Positions 8,161-16,862 of a stretch of 44,953 nt of DNA are shown piece by piece; position 1 is the stretch's first letter; each line of letters starts with the position of its first letter. A program made the position numbers and the translations under genes. The DNA comes from a virus. Lineage: Duplodnaviria; Heunggongvirae; Uroviricota; Caudoviricetes. Under the pieces are notes generated by a model. That model was not told the origin of the DNA and ran no database searches. It saw only the letters and a list, made by a program, of their open reading frames with translations. Where the stretch lies: the IMG/VR virus record IMGVR_UViG_3300021255_003103, positions 1 through 44,953 of that record, one strand, 5' to 3'.

Positions 8161-8963
8161 ATGGAATTATTGGAGCAGTCATAGGATCTAGTATTGGTCT
8201 TTCCTATGAAATCAAAAAAACTAAAGATTATAATTTTAATATGATTTATGACAAGGCTAATCCATCTGATGATTCAGTCGCTATTATAGCCACTGCTGAT
8301 TGGCTGATGAATACAAATCATACAAAAGATGAATATATTGATAAACTTCATTATTGGTGCAATAAATATAATTATGGAATGTATAATTATGGTAATGCAA
8401 CAAAATTTAAAGAATGGGTATCAAATAAGGAACGTGAACCATATAACTCATTTGGAAATGGCTCAGCAATGAGAGTTATTCCTGTTGGTTGGTGGGCATG
8501 TTCACTTGAACAAGCCTTAAAGTTTGCAAAGATAACTGCTGAAGTAACTCATAATCATCCTGAAGGAATTAAAGGTGCACAAGCAGTTGCAGGCGCAATT
8601 TGGGCAATTCGTAATGGTTATACAAAGGACGATATTAAAGAATGGCTTGAACATGAATGCAAATATAACTTAAATATATCTTACGATACATTAAAGAAAA
8701 ATCATAAATTTGAATGTACATGTCAAAATTCAGTTCCTGCTTCATTTATTTGTTGGTACAATTCAACATCATATGAAGATTGTGTTCGTAAAGCAGTAAG
8801 TCTAGGAGGTGATGCAGATACTGAAGCTGCAATTGCTGGTGCTTTCGCAGCAGCAGATAAGAATACCACAATTCCTGAAGAATTAACTAATGATGTAACA
8901 AGATTCTTTTCAATGGACTTTATGGAAGTATTAAACAAGTTTCACAAACAATTTGAAGTATAA
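8157..8963 (+). CDS. ADP-ribosylglycohydrolase (DraG/ARH family)
   Basis: SDDS, SFGNGSAMR, THNHPEG, GGDADT motifs. Confidence 0.9.
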   Translation: MNGIIGAVIGSSIGLSYEIKKTKDYNFNMIYDKANPSDDSVAIIATADWLMNTNHTKDEYIDKLHYWCNKYNYGMYNYGNATKFKEWVSNKEREPYNSFGNGSAMRVIPVGWWACSLEQALKFAKITAEVTHNHPEGIKGAQAVAGAIWAIRNGYTKDDIKEWLEHECKYNLNISYDTLKKNHKFECTCQNSVPASFICWYNSTSYEDCVRKAVSLGGDADTEAAIAGAFAAADKNTTIPEELTNDVTRFFSMDFMEVLNKFHKQFEV

Positions 8964-8965
8964 TT

Positions 8966-9298
8966 ATGAAATCACCATACGGAATAAAAGGTTGGGTTGA
9001 TCATTGTATGATGTGTGTTACGGAAGTTTGTGAATTCAAGCAATCAGATCCTAAAGATATAGATACATCAGAAATGTTACGAACTTGGTTTGAGATAATG
9101 TACAAATCAGCTCGTGAATGTGGTTATCAAGATGGATATGTTGAAGGCTTAGGTGATAGTGCAGCCTATTCTTGTGACCCATATACAAGAGGAATATATG
9201 AGAAGCATGCATATTACACAGATAAGGAAGGCAATATAATGTGTGATAGTAATCATGAACCAATGAAGATTGATTACAAAAAAGATTTAAAAAATTAA
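8966..9298 (+). CDS. Hypothetical protein
   Basis: 110-aa ORF. Confidence 0.7.
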   Translation: MKSPYGIKGWVDHCMMCVTEVCEFKQSDPKDIDTSEMLRTWFEIMYKSARECGYQDGYVEGLGDSAAYSCDPYTRGIYEKHAYYTDKEGNIMCDSNHEPMKIDYKKDLKN

Positions 9299-9348
9299 AA
9301 AATTCTTAAAAATAGTTCTATTTTATAATTGATAATTATTATTAAATA

Positions 9349-9371
9349 CAAGGTAGAAAACATCTATCTTG
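9349..9371 (+). promoter_or_regulatory. Inverted repeat/hairpin in dnaK leader
   Basis: CAAGGTAGA-AAACA-TCTATCTTG between promoter-like TATTTT (9319-9324) and ATG 9404. Confidence 0.45.
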
Positions 9372-9403
9372 AGCAACTAAAAATATATTAAACATAAATT
9401 ATT

Positions 9404-11353
9404 ATGAGCAACAAAGTATTTGGTATTGACCTGGGAACAGGAAATTCATGTGTCGCTATTATTGAAGGTAGACAAGCTAAAGTTATTGCAAACGCAGAAG
9501 GTTCTCGTACTACACCATCTGTAGTTTTTATTAAAGGCGATGAACGTAAAATTGGAGGTTCCGCTAAACGTGGTATGATTATGAATCCTAAGAACACAGT
9601 ATCTTTTATTAAGAGATTTATGGGTGCTGAATGGCAAGATGCTGATGTTCAAAAGATGTTAACTATGATTACATATGAAGTAGTTAACAAGAACAATAAA
9701 CCTTATGTTAGAATTGAAGGCAAAGATTATTCTGCTGAAGAGATTTCTTCATATATCTTAGCAGACCTTGCAAAGGTTGCTTCAGATTATTATGGAGAGG
9801 AAGTAAAAGATTGTGTTATCACAGTTCCTGCATGGTTTAATGATGTTCAACGTAAAGCAACAAAACTTGCCGGTGAACTTGCTGGTTTGACAGTACATCG
9901 TATTATTAATGAACCAACTGCAGCTATTCTTGCAGCAGGTATGGATAAAGAAGATAAAGAACGTCTTGTACTTGTAAACGACCTTGGTTGTGGTACTGAG
10001 GATGTATCTATATGTGAAGTATCTCAAGGAATGGTTGAAGTACTTGCATCAGATGGTGACGTATTCCTTGGTGGTCAAAACTATGATAATGAAATTGTAA
10101 ATTGGCTTGCTGAAGAATTTATGAAGGATCATGCAAATGTAGATCTTCGTAAGGATCCTATGGCATATGCTCGTCTTGTTGAAGCTGCTGAAAAGGCAAA
10201 GTGTGAATTGTCAACATCAACAGCAACAGAGATTAATCTTCCATATATTACTGTTATGGATGGTGTTCCTCAAATGTTGGTTACAACACTTACACGTGCA
10301 AAGTTTGAACAAATGACAAAGAAGTTTACAGATAAGGTTGTTGAAATTGCAAAGCGTGCACTTGAAAAGGCAAAGAAGACACCTGCAGATATTACTGATA
10401 TTCTTCTTGTTGGTGGTTCATCTCGTATGCCACAAGTTCAAGAGGCTCTTAAGAATGCAATTGGTGATAAGTTAAATAAATCATCAAACTATGATGAAGC
10501 TGTTGCACTTGGTGCTGCAATTCAAGCAAAGGCAATTGTTAATCCTGAGGAATCAGATACATTACTTCTTGATGTAACTCCAATTACATTAGGTATTGAG
10601 GTTAATGGTAATCAAATGGGTAAGCTTATTGAAGCAAATACAACAATTCCTGCTAAGAAATCACAGACATTTACAACTGCTGTAGATAATCAGCCTGGTG
10701 TATCAATTGTTGTTCTTCAGGGTGAACGTCCTATGAGTCGTGACAATAAAGTAATTGGTACATTCCAGCTTGACGGTATTATGCCAGCTCCACGTGGTGT
10801 TCCTCAAATTGAAGTAACATTTGATATTGATGCTAATGGTACTCTTACAGTAACAGCTATGGATAAAGCAACAAATAAAGAACAGCATATTACAATTTCT
10901 GATTCTAATGCACTTTCACAGGAAGAAATTGATAGAATTAAGAAAGAGGCTGAGGAGCATAAAGCTGAAGATGAAGCTAAGAAAGCTGAGTTTGATAAGA
11001 AAAATGATGCTGAAGGATATATTTATTCTGTTGAACGTTCATTAAATGACGATAAGCTTAAGGATAAGTTTACTGATGATGAAAGAAAACAACTTGAAGA
11101 TATCGTGAATACAGCTAAGAAAGCAATAGAAGAAAAGAATGATAACGAGTTATATGCAAAGAAGAATGAGTTAGAAAAAGTTTATAATCCAATTATAACT
11201 CGTATATATCAGGAGAACATGCCAAAGGATGCTAATGGTAATCCACAAGTAGATCCTAATCAATTTACAAATATGTTTGGTGGTCAAGGTGGTCAAAATC
11301 CATTTGGAGGTAATCCATTCCAAGCAGGTGCTCCTTTCCAAGAAACAAAATAA
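9404..11353 (+). CDS. dnaK: Hsp70 chaperone DnaK
   Basis: GIDLGT.NS, EGSRTTPS, VITVPAWFND.QR.ATK.AG, IINEPTAA, LVGGSSRMP, DEAVALGAAIQ, TFTTAVDNQPGV, PAPRGVPQIEVTFDIDANG; full 649 aa. Confidence 0.97.
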   Translation: MSNKVFGIDLGTGNSCVAIIEGRQAKVIANAEGSRTTPSVVFIKGDERKIGGSAKRGMIMNPKNTVSFIKRFMGAEWQDADVQKMLTMITYEVVNKNNKPYVRIEGKDYSAEEISSYILADLAKVASDYYGEEVKDCVITVPAWFNDVQRKATKLAGELAGLTVHRIINEPTAAILAAGMDKEDKERLVLVNDLGCGTEDVSICEVSQGMVEVLASDGDVFLGGQNYDNEIVNWLAEEFMKDHANVDLRKDPMAYARLVEAAEKAKCELSTSTATEINLPYITVMDGVPQMLVTTLTRAKFEQMTKKFTDKVVEIAKRALEKAKKTPADITDILLVGGSSRMPQVQEALKNAIGDKLNKSSNYDEAVALGAAIQAKAIVNPEESDTLLLDVTPITLGIEVNGNQMGKLIEANTTIPAKKSQTFTTAVDNQPGVSIVVLQGERPMSRDNKVIGTFQLDGIMPAPRGVPQIEVTFDIDANGTLTVTAMDKATNKEQHITISDSNALSQEEIDRIKKEAEEHKAEDEAKKAEFDKKNDAEGYIYSVERSLNDDKLKDKFTDDERKQLEDIVNTAKKAIEEKNDNELYAKKNELEKVYNPIITRIYQENMPKDANGNPQVDPNQFTNMFGGQGGQNPFGGNPFQAGAPFQETK

Positions 11354-11355
11354 AC

Positions 11356-11382
11356 TCTCAATGGGATTCTCTTGAGAGTCCC
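11356..11382 (+). promoter_or_regulatory. Overlapping alternative hairpins between dnaK and hsp20
   Basis: CTCTCAA/TTGAGAG versus GGGATTCT/AGAGTCCC; no long U tract. Confidence 0.35.
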
Positions 11383-11420
11383 TATATAAAAATATTTAAT
11401 AACAATTAGAGGTAATTATT

Positions 11421-11864
11421 ATGACAAACGCTTTAGATTTTTTTGGTGCAAAAGACTTATTTGATTTTAATTTTAATCCTATTAAAACTTTTTTAGGTGA
11501 CTTTGTTCCATCAAACTTTACCAATTCCCCAAAGGTTAACGTAAAGGAAACTGATAAAGCTTATGAAATAGAAATTGCCAATCCTGGATTTACAAAAGAT
11601 GAGACAAACATCAAAATTGAAAACAATGTTATTTATGTAAGTATGACTAACGAATCAAAAGAAGGTCAAGAAGACGAGAATCATAAATATCATGTAAAAC
11701 AATGGAGTAAATCATCTTATCAAGAATCTTGGAATATTCCTGATAATGTAATTCAAGAACAGATATCAGCAAGTAATAATGATGGTGTTCTTACAATTAC
11801 ATTACCTAAGAAAGAAGAAGATCCTAAAAAAGAAGTAAATGTAAGGACGATTGAAATTAAATAA
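11421..11864 (+). CDS. Small heat shock protein (Hsp20/alpha-crystallin)
   Basis: PKVNVKETDKAYEIEIANPGFTKD...ISASNNDGVLTITLPK...RTIEIK. Confidence 0.92.
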   Translation: MTNALDFFGAKDLFDFNFNPIKTFLGDFVPSNFTNSPKVNVKETDKAYEIEIANPGFTKDETNIKIENNVIYVSMTNESKEGQEDENHKYHVKQWSKSSYQESWNIPDNVIQEQISASNNDGVLTITLPKKEEDPKKEVNVRTIEIK

Positions 11865-11875
11865 GAGTTTACTTG

Positions 11876-11907
11876 GGATTGGATCTCCAGATCCAATCCC
11901 ATTTTTA
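11876..11907 (+). terminator. Intrinsic terminator
   Basis: GGGATTGGATCT-CC-AGATCCAATCCC then ATTTTT. Confidence 0.8.
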
Positions 11908-11928
11908 ATTAAATAATTTAATTAAAAA

Positions 11929-12660
11929 ATGACAGTAAATGAAATAATAAAAAACGAAAATATTCGTTCTGATAGATATGCAATGGCTGCTATATCTTTT
12001 ATATTTAAAGCTTTTGGTGATAATATACGTTCAAAAGAATATTGGCCTTGGGGAAAAGATGTTCAATGTGAATGGAGTCCATCCAAAGGAACAAAATATG
12101 ATATTATATTAGCTGAACAATTACTTGAACGATCAAAAAATAAATATTTGAATGAAATTGGAGAATTTAATTTAATTAATGATAAATATGTTTCAATGTT
12201 TAAAATTAAAAGTGTTTCAGATAATACTTCAATTTTAGATTTACCTTCATATAAGATTAAATTAAATACTTTATATTATTACGAAAAGAATGATGCTTCA
12301 AATATTTATGAATTAAAAGTTAATGATTATTTATGTTTGTCAATTGATAATTATTATACGATTTATAAAATTATAGAAATTGATAATAAAACATATGAAA
12401 TAATCGTTGATAGAGTATTTGGTGATTATGAATTAAATTCTAATTCAACATATGAAAAAGATAAAAATATGTATTTTCAAATATATATTATGAACAGAGA
12501 AAAAATTAGTGGAGGATCAAATAATGATTTTAATACACAATTAAAAGATTTAAAACGTCGTCTTAATAAAGTTAATATTAATATAAAACGTATTAATAAG
12601 ACAAGTAAAGAAGCTTCAAATATATCAGAAAAGGCAAATAATATTATTGATTCTATTTAA
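11929..12660 (+). CDS. Hypothetical protein with C-terminal coiled coil
   Basis: 243-aa ORF; N-terminal YWPW...W.P motif; no GrpE signature recognised. Confidence 0.75.
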   Translation: MTVNEIIKNENIRSDRYAMAAISFIFKAFGDNIRSKEYWPWGKDVQCEWSPSKGTKYDIILAEQLLERSKNKYLNEIGEFNLINDKYVSMFKIKSVSDNTSILDLPSYKIKLNTLYYYEKNDASNIYELKVNDYLCLSIDNYYTIYKIIEIDNKTYEIIVDRVFGDYELNSNSTYEKDKNMYFQIYIMNREKISGGSNNDFNTQLKDLKRRLNKVNINIKRINKTSKEASNISEKANNIIDSI

Positions 12661-12668
12661 TATTAGCA

Positions 12669-13754
12669 ATGAATAAAAATTTATATGAAATACTTGGTGT
12701 AAGTCAAAATGCAACATTAGATGAAATAAAAAAGGCTTACAAAAAATTAGCGGTTAAATGGCATCCCGATAGACAAGGTGGTAAATCAGATAAAGAAAAA
12801 AAGGAAGCTGAAGATAAATTTAAAGAAATAGGTGCAGCTTATGCTATATTATCTGATGAAAACAAACGCGCAAAATATGATAGATTTGGTACTGTTGATG
12901 ATGATATGATGAATGGTACTGGGTTTAATTTTGATGATTTATTTAAAAATGTCATGGGTGGTGGATTTGATATATTTGGTGATATTTTTGGAAATAGACA
13001 TCAACAAAGAGAATCATATCCATATGAAGCACAATCAATTCAAGTTCACATACCACTATCAATTGAAGACATATTCAATGGATATGATCATGAAATCGAA
13101 TATATGATAGAAAAACGTTGTACAAGCTGTAATGGTACTGGTGGTACTAATGTTGAAACATGTCCACACTGTCACGGAACAGGTGTTATTGTAAAAACAC
13201 AACGTTCTGGTTTTGGTATTATACAACAGCAATCACAATGTCCATATTGTAATGGAACTGGTAAAATTATAAAAAATAAATGCTCTACTTGTAATGGTAC
13301 AGGTCTAATTAAAGCAAAACAAAAATGCAAAGTAACTTTTAAACCAGGAGTTAAAAATGATTATTATCAAATTTATTATGGTTATGGATGTGAAGGTAAA
13401 GATTCTCGTACAAAAAATGGTAATTTAATTGCTATAGCAAAATATGCATTTGATACATTAAAATACCAAATTATTGATAATACAGTTTATGAATTAATTG
13501 AAATACCTTATTATAATTGTATTTTAGGAACTGAAATTAAACATAAAATTCCAAGTGGTAAAGAAGTAATTGTTAAGATTCCTCCTTATTCTAAAGATGG
13601 TACACAAGTTGTTTTAGAAAATGAAGGACTTAAATTACCTACTAAATATGGACGTAGTAAATATATATTTATTATTAAGCCTAAGTTACCAACATATATT
13701 AAGTCAGAAGAAAAAGAAATATTAGAAAAAGTTAAGAAGATAAATGAACATTGA
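12669..13754 (+). CDS. dnaJ: Class A J-domain co-chaperone DnaJ
   Basis: J-domain with HPD, G/F-rich region, four CxxCxGxG zinc-finger repeats, C-terminal domains. Confidence 0.95.
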   Translation: MNKNLYEILGVSQNATLDEIKKAYKKLAVKWHPDRQGGKSDKEKKEAEDKFKEIGAAYAILSDENKRAKYDRFGTVDDDMMNGTGFNFDDLFKNVMGGGFDIFGDIFGNRHQQRESYPYEAQSIQVHIPLSIEDIFNGYDHEIEYMIEKRCTSCNGTGGTNVETCPHCHGTGVIVKTQRSGFGIIQQQSQCPYCNGTGKIIKNKCSTCNGTGLIKAKQKCKVTFKPGVKNDYYQIYYGYGCEGKDSRTKNGNLIAIAKYAFDTLKYQIIDNTVYELIEIPYYNCILGTEIKHKIPSGKEVIVKIPPYSKDGTQVVLENEGLKLPTKYGRSKYIFIIKPKLPTYIKSEEKEILEKVKKINEH

Positions 13755-14367
13755 TAGTAGTAATTATAAAGAATATTGGAATCTATCATTAAGTTCAATA
13801 TTAGCAGGATTATGTATATCTATTGGGTGTATTGTTAATTTAATGACAGGTGGTGGTGTTATTGGAGCAGTATTATTTACATTTGGTTTGATAACTGTTG
13901 TACATTATAAATATGCATTATATACGGGAACCGCAGGATTCGTTAATTCATATAAAGATATAATTAATTTATTTTTGATAATTTTATTAAATAATTGGCT
14001 TGGATGTTACATAACTGCTGGATTAGCAACATATGCCATACCAGATTTAATAGATAAAGCAAATGCAATTGTTATATCACATTCTAAAGTTAACGTATGG
14101 CAAGCATTTATAAGAGCATTATTTTGTGGGTTTTTAATGACAACTGCTGTTAAATTTGCAAGAGAAAATAAATGGCTACCTTTAATATTTGCAGTTCCAG
14201 TATTTATATTAGCCGGATTTTATCATTCTATAGCTGATGCATTTTATATATGTGCATCTGATTTACATAATATTGTAAGTTCATATGTTGTATTTAAAAA
14301 TTGGTTTTTTATTATTCTTGGTAATTTTGTAGGATGCAACTTATATAGATTAAAATTTTTAGATTAA
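13744..14367 (+). CDS. Formate/nitrite transporter (FNT) family channel
   Basis: ILAGLCISIG, LFTFGL, LYTG, NWLG, ALFCGFL, GFYHSIAD, GNFVG; about 6 hydrophobic segments. Confidence 0.88.
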   Translation: MNIDSSNYKEYWNLSLSSILAGLCISIGCIVNLMTGGGVIGAVLFTFGLITVVHYKYALYTGTAGFVNSYKDIINLFLIILLNNWLGCYITAGLATYAIPDLIDKANAIVISHSKVNVWQAFIRALFCGFLMTTAVKFARENKWLPLIFAVPVFILAGFYHSIADAFYICASDLHNIVSSYVVFKNWFFIILGNFVGCNLYRLKFLD

Positions 14368-14372
14368 ATATT

Positions 14373-14400
14373 AAGGAATGCTTCAAAGCATTCCTTTTAT
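14373..14400 (+). terminator. Intrinsic terminator
   Basis: AAGGAATGCTT-CA-AAGCATTCCTT then TTAT. Confidence 0.8.
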
Positions 14401-14428
14401 TTTTAAACAATTTAATTTTTATATTATA

Positions 14429-14457
14429 TTTGAAAATTTTAATGAAATTACTATATT
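14429..14457 (+). promoter_or_regulatory. Repeated phage promoter-like motif
   Basis: TTTGAA-N17-TATATT. Confidence 0.7.
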
Positions 14458-14506
14458 TATAATATAAATTAAATATGATGTATTACAAAATTTACTTTTA
14501 AACATT

Positions 14507-14770
14507 ATGACAAATTATCCTTATTATAAAGCAGTTACTTTTGATGCAGGTATTTTGAAAAAAATTGGCTTTGGTGTTCAGGATGGAAAGAAGTTCAAAA
14601 CTTGGTATGAATGTGCAGGTGCAATCAAAAGTAGATATAAAAAGCTTCCACAAACAATGAATCAACAGATTTTAATTCTTGAATATACAGATCAATACGA
14701 AAGTAAAATTATCGATGTATGTCAAGGAGATAATTGGACATCAGTTGCTGCGCCTATTAAACTTATGTAA
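14507..14770 (+). CDS. Hypothetical protein
   Basis: 87-aa ORF after promoter motif. Confidence 0.75.
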   Translation: MTNYPYYKAVTFDAGILKKIGFGVQDGKKFKTWYECAGAIKSRYKKLPQTMNQQILILEYTDQYESKIIDVCQGDNWTSVAAPIKLM

Positions 14771-14772
14771 TT

Positions 14773-15009
14773 ATGAATAAACAAAAATTTTATTTAGCAG
14801 ATCCACATAAACTAGAGATCACAGAAAAATATTTAAACACGACATCCGAATATTTTGAATATTGCTCTCCTTGGCGATTTGATACAATAGAAGAAGCTAA
14901 AAGATATATTAAAGAGAATGTAAAAAACAAGATAAAAAAAATTGATAAAGAAATTACTGAACTTACTTTTAAACGTGATGAATTAGTAAACCAATTATTT
15001 AATATATAA
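14773..15009 (+). CDS. Hypothetical protein
   Basis: 78-aa ORF, coiled-coil end. Confidence 0.7.
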   Translation: MNKQKFYLADPHKLEITEKYLNTTSEYFEYCSPWRFDTIEEAKRYIKENVKNKIKKIDKEITELTFKRDELVNQLFNI

Positions 15010-15012
15010 ATA

Positions 15013-15618
15013 ATGAAGAAGTTTTATTGTTATAGTAAATGTATTTTTGATATGCTAATGGAGAAAGCAGGATTTTTTGATTCTGAAGATCTACCTCATA
15101 ATGTAGCAATCATATCTATTGGAGCTCATTGGAATGAACAAGAAGATCATTGGTTCAAAACCACTAATGACAGAGTTTTGAACATTGACTTTGATGATGT
15201 TTCACCAGATCTTTGGTGGCATGATGATATGTATGATAAAGCAATGAATGACAGTAATCAAAACAAGTACTTTGATTATTCATATGTAAATTCATGCGGA
15301 AAAATTACTGAGTTACATGCATTAAACTATAATCAGGCTTACACTATTGTAAAGTTCATTGAGGATCATAGAGATTGTGATTTCTATATTCATTGTTCAG
15401 CTGGTATAAGCCGTAGTCAAGGAGTTGTAAGATATGTACTTGATACTTATGGAGACTATGAGACAAATCCAGATAATCCTTGTATATGTCCTAATATGCA
15501 TGTAACTAGAATGCTTAAGAGAGTATACAGAGAAAAGTATAATTCAGCTTTTACTGATGAAAGTTGTAAGTGGGATTGTAATTATAAATTTAAAAAAAGA
15601 ATAATTCGTTATGTTTAA
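15013..15618 (+). CDS. Cys-based (CX5R) protein tyrosine/dual-specificity phosphatase-like protein
   Basis: FYIHCSAGISRS P-loop; upstream LNIDFDD acid loop. Confidence 0.82.
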   Translation: MKKFYCYSKCIFDMLMEKAGFFDSEDLPHNVAIISIGAHWNEQEDHWFKTTNDRVLNIDFDDVSPDLWWHDDMYDKAMNDSNQNKYFDYSYVNSCGKITELHALNYNQAYTIVKFIEDHRDCDFYIHCSAGISRSQGVVRYVLDTYGDYETNPDNPCICPNMHVTRMLKRVYREKYNSAFTDESCKWDCNYKFKKRIIRYV

Positions 15619-15934
15619 TTTAAAAACTTGGATGATTACCATAATTACATGGGTAATTATATTATTTTGCTGTTCTTGTGAATGTAATTATAAAGATAAA
15701 GAACATCCTACAAACGATACAATCAAGTGTGAAATAATTAATAAGAAAAAAGATTTTGTTTTTGATGTAACATTAAATATGCCTACATATCATAATTATA
15801 TTGTAATTAAATATAAAGATAAGACAATAAAAAATGATGTAGGTGTCAATACCTATAAAAAATACAATATTGGAGATTCTGTTCTTTGTATAAAACACTA
15901 TTGCCCATTTAATTATTATGAAATTAAGTATTAA
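15611..15934 (+). CDS. Hypothetical membrane-anchored or lipoprotein
   Basis: Hydrophobic N-terminus ending in Cys cluster (ILFCCSC). Confidence 0.65.
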   Translation: MFNLKTWMITIITWVIILFCCSCECNYKDKEHPTNDTIKCEIINKKKDFVFDVTLNMPTYHNYIVIKYKDKTIKNDVGVNTYKKYNIGDSVLCIKHYCPFNYYEIKY

Positions 15935-15954
15935 CAAATAAAGAAATAAATAAT

Positions 15955-16098
15955 ATGACACAAGAAGATTTAAAAATTGCATATAAGGTTGTATCACAGA
16001 TTATGAACGAAAATCATTTAATGAAAGATAATTCATTTAATCGTGTTCGTAATTGGATATCTAATACATTAGCAGATGAGTTGACAAAGAATCAATAA
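15955..16098 (+). CDS. Small hypothetical protein (47 aa), not in ORF track
   Basis: ATG...TAA MTQEDLKIAYKVVSQIMNENH..., A-rich leader, fills the gap. Confidence 0.6.
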   Translation: MTQEDLKIAYKVVSQIMNENHLMKDNSFNRVRNWISNTLADELTKNQ

Positions 16099-16134
16099 AT
16101 TTTATGTTAAATATTAAATAATTTTTTATTAAAA

Positions 16135-16163
16135 ATTGAATTTTAAATAAAAATTTCTATATT
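16135..16163 (+). promoter_or_regulatory. Repeated phage promoter-like motif
   Basis: ATTGAA-N17-TATATT. Confidence 0.65.
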
Positions 16164-16195
16164 ATTTATATATTAATCAAACAAATAAATAATTT

Positions 16196-16531
16196 ATGAA
16201 TATTAATAAGATTGATATTTTGTGCGATAATGTAATTGATGTTGCATTGGTTGGTGGAGATGCATTGAATACTATTGATAATGCAAATTTGACTGAATAC
16301 CCACAGAAATTTGTTAACCGGATTAATTCTGTTGTTAATTATTGCTATAATATGTTTATGAATGCTAATGCAAATAAGCATACTGATGAGCAGATTAATG
16401 AATTACTTGTTAATCTTTTGAATAATCTTATTATTTATAAAAATTCTTATCGTAAGAATTCTTATGGATATAAAGTTATGAATTCATTATTTGATATTGT
16501 GAAAGACACTTTTATTGAGTTTAATAAATAA
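16196..16531 (+). CDS. Hypothetical protein
   Basis: 111-aa ORF. Confidence 0.75.
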   Translation: MNINKIDILCDNVIDVALVGGDALNTIDNANLTEYPQKFVNRINSVVNYCYNMFMNANANKHTDEQINELLVNLLNNLIIYKNSYRKNSYGYKVMNSLFDIVKDTFIEFNK

Positions 16532-16542
16532 AATATATATAT

Positions 16543-16860
16543 ATGAAGAAGTTTGAGATTATTCGTTGTATTTTTGATACAGTAATTAATTCTGGATATA
16601 ATGATGACAAGCAAGACGCAATTAGTTGTTATACTCGCGATAAGCTTGAAAATATTGTTTATGTAAGAAAACTTGATTTGTCATTACCTAATATTGATTC
16701 TGTTGCTGTTACTGCTCTTGAATCTAATTTTTCTGATGCATGCGATGCTGACGTTAGAATTGCGTTTAAAGATAATAATATTGGACAACGTGTAATTCTA
16801 TATGCAAATGAGGTTGAGACTTCAATTCTTGAAAAAATTCTAGAGAACATAAAAGGTTAA
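16543..16860 (+). CDS. Hypothetical protein
   Basis: 105-aa ORF. Confidence 0.75.
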   Translation: MKKFEIIRCIFDTVINSGYNDDKQDAISCYTRDKLENIVYVRKLDLSLPNIDSVAVTALESNFSDACDADVRIAFKDNNIGQRVILYANEVETSILEKILENIKG

Positions 16861-16862
16861 AT

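Noticed and set aside
9299-9403. CIRCE/HrcA operator upstream of dnaK
   Set aside because: No TTAGCACTC-N9-GAGTGCTAA present.
9388-10888. Several minus-strand ORFs over dnaK (also over TROVE, RNA ligase and others)
   Set aside because: Short antisense or alternate-frame ORFs fully inside well-supported genes, with no motifs or leaders.
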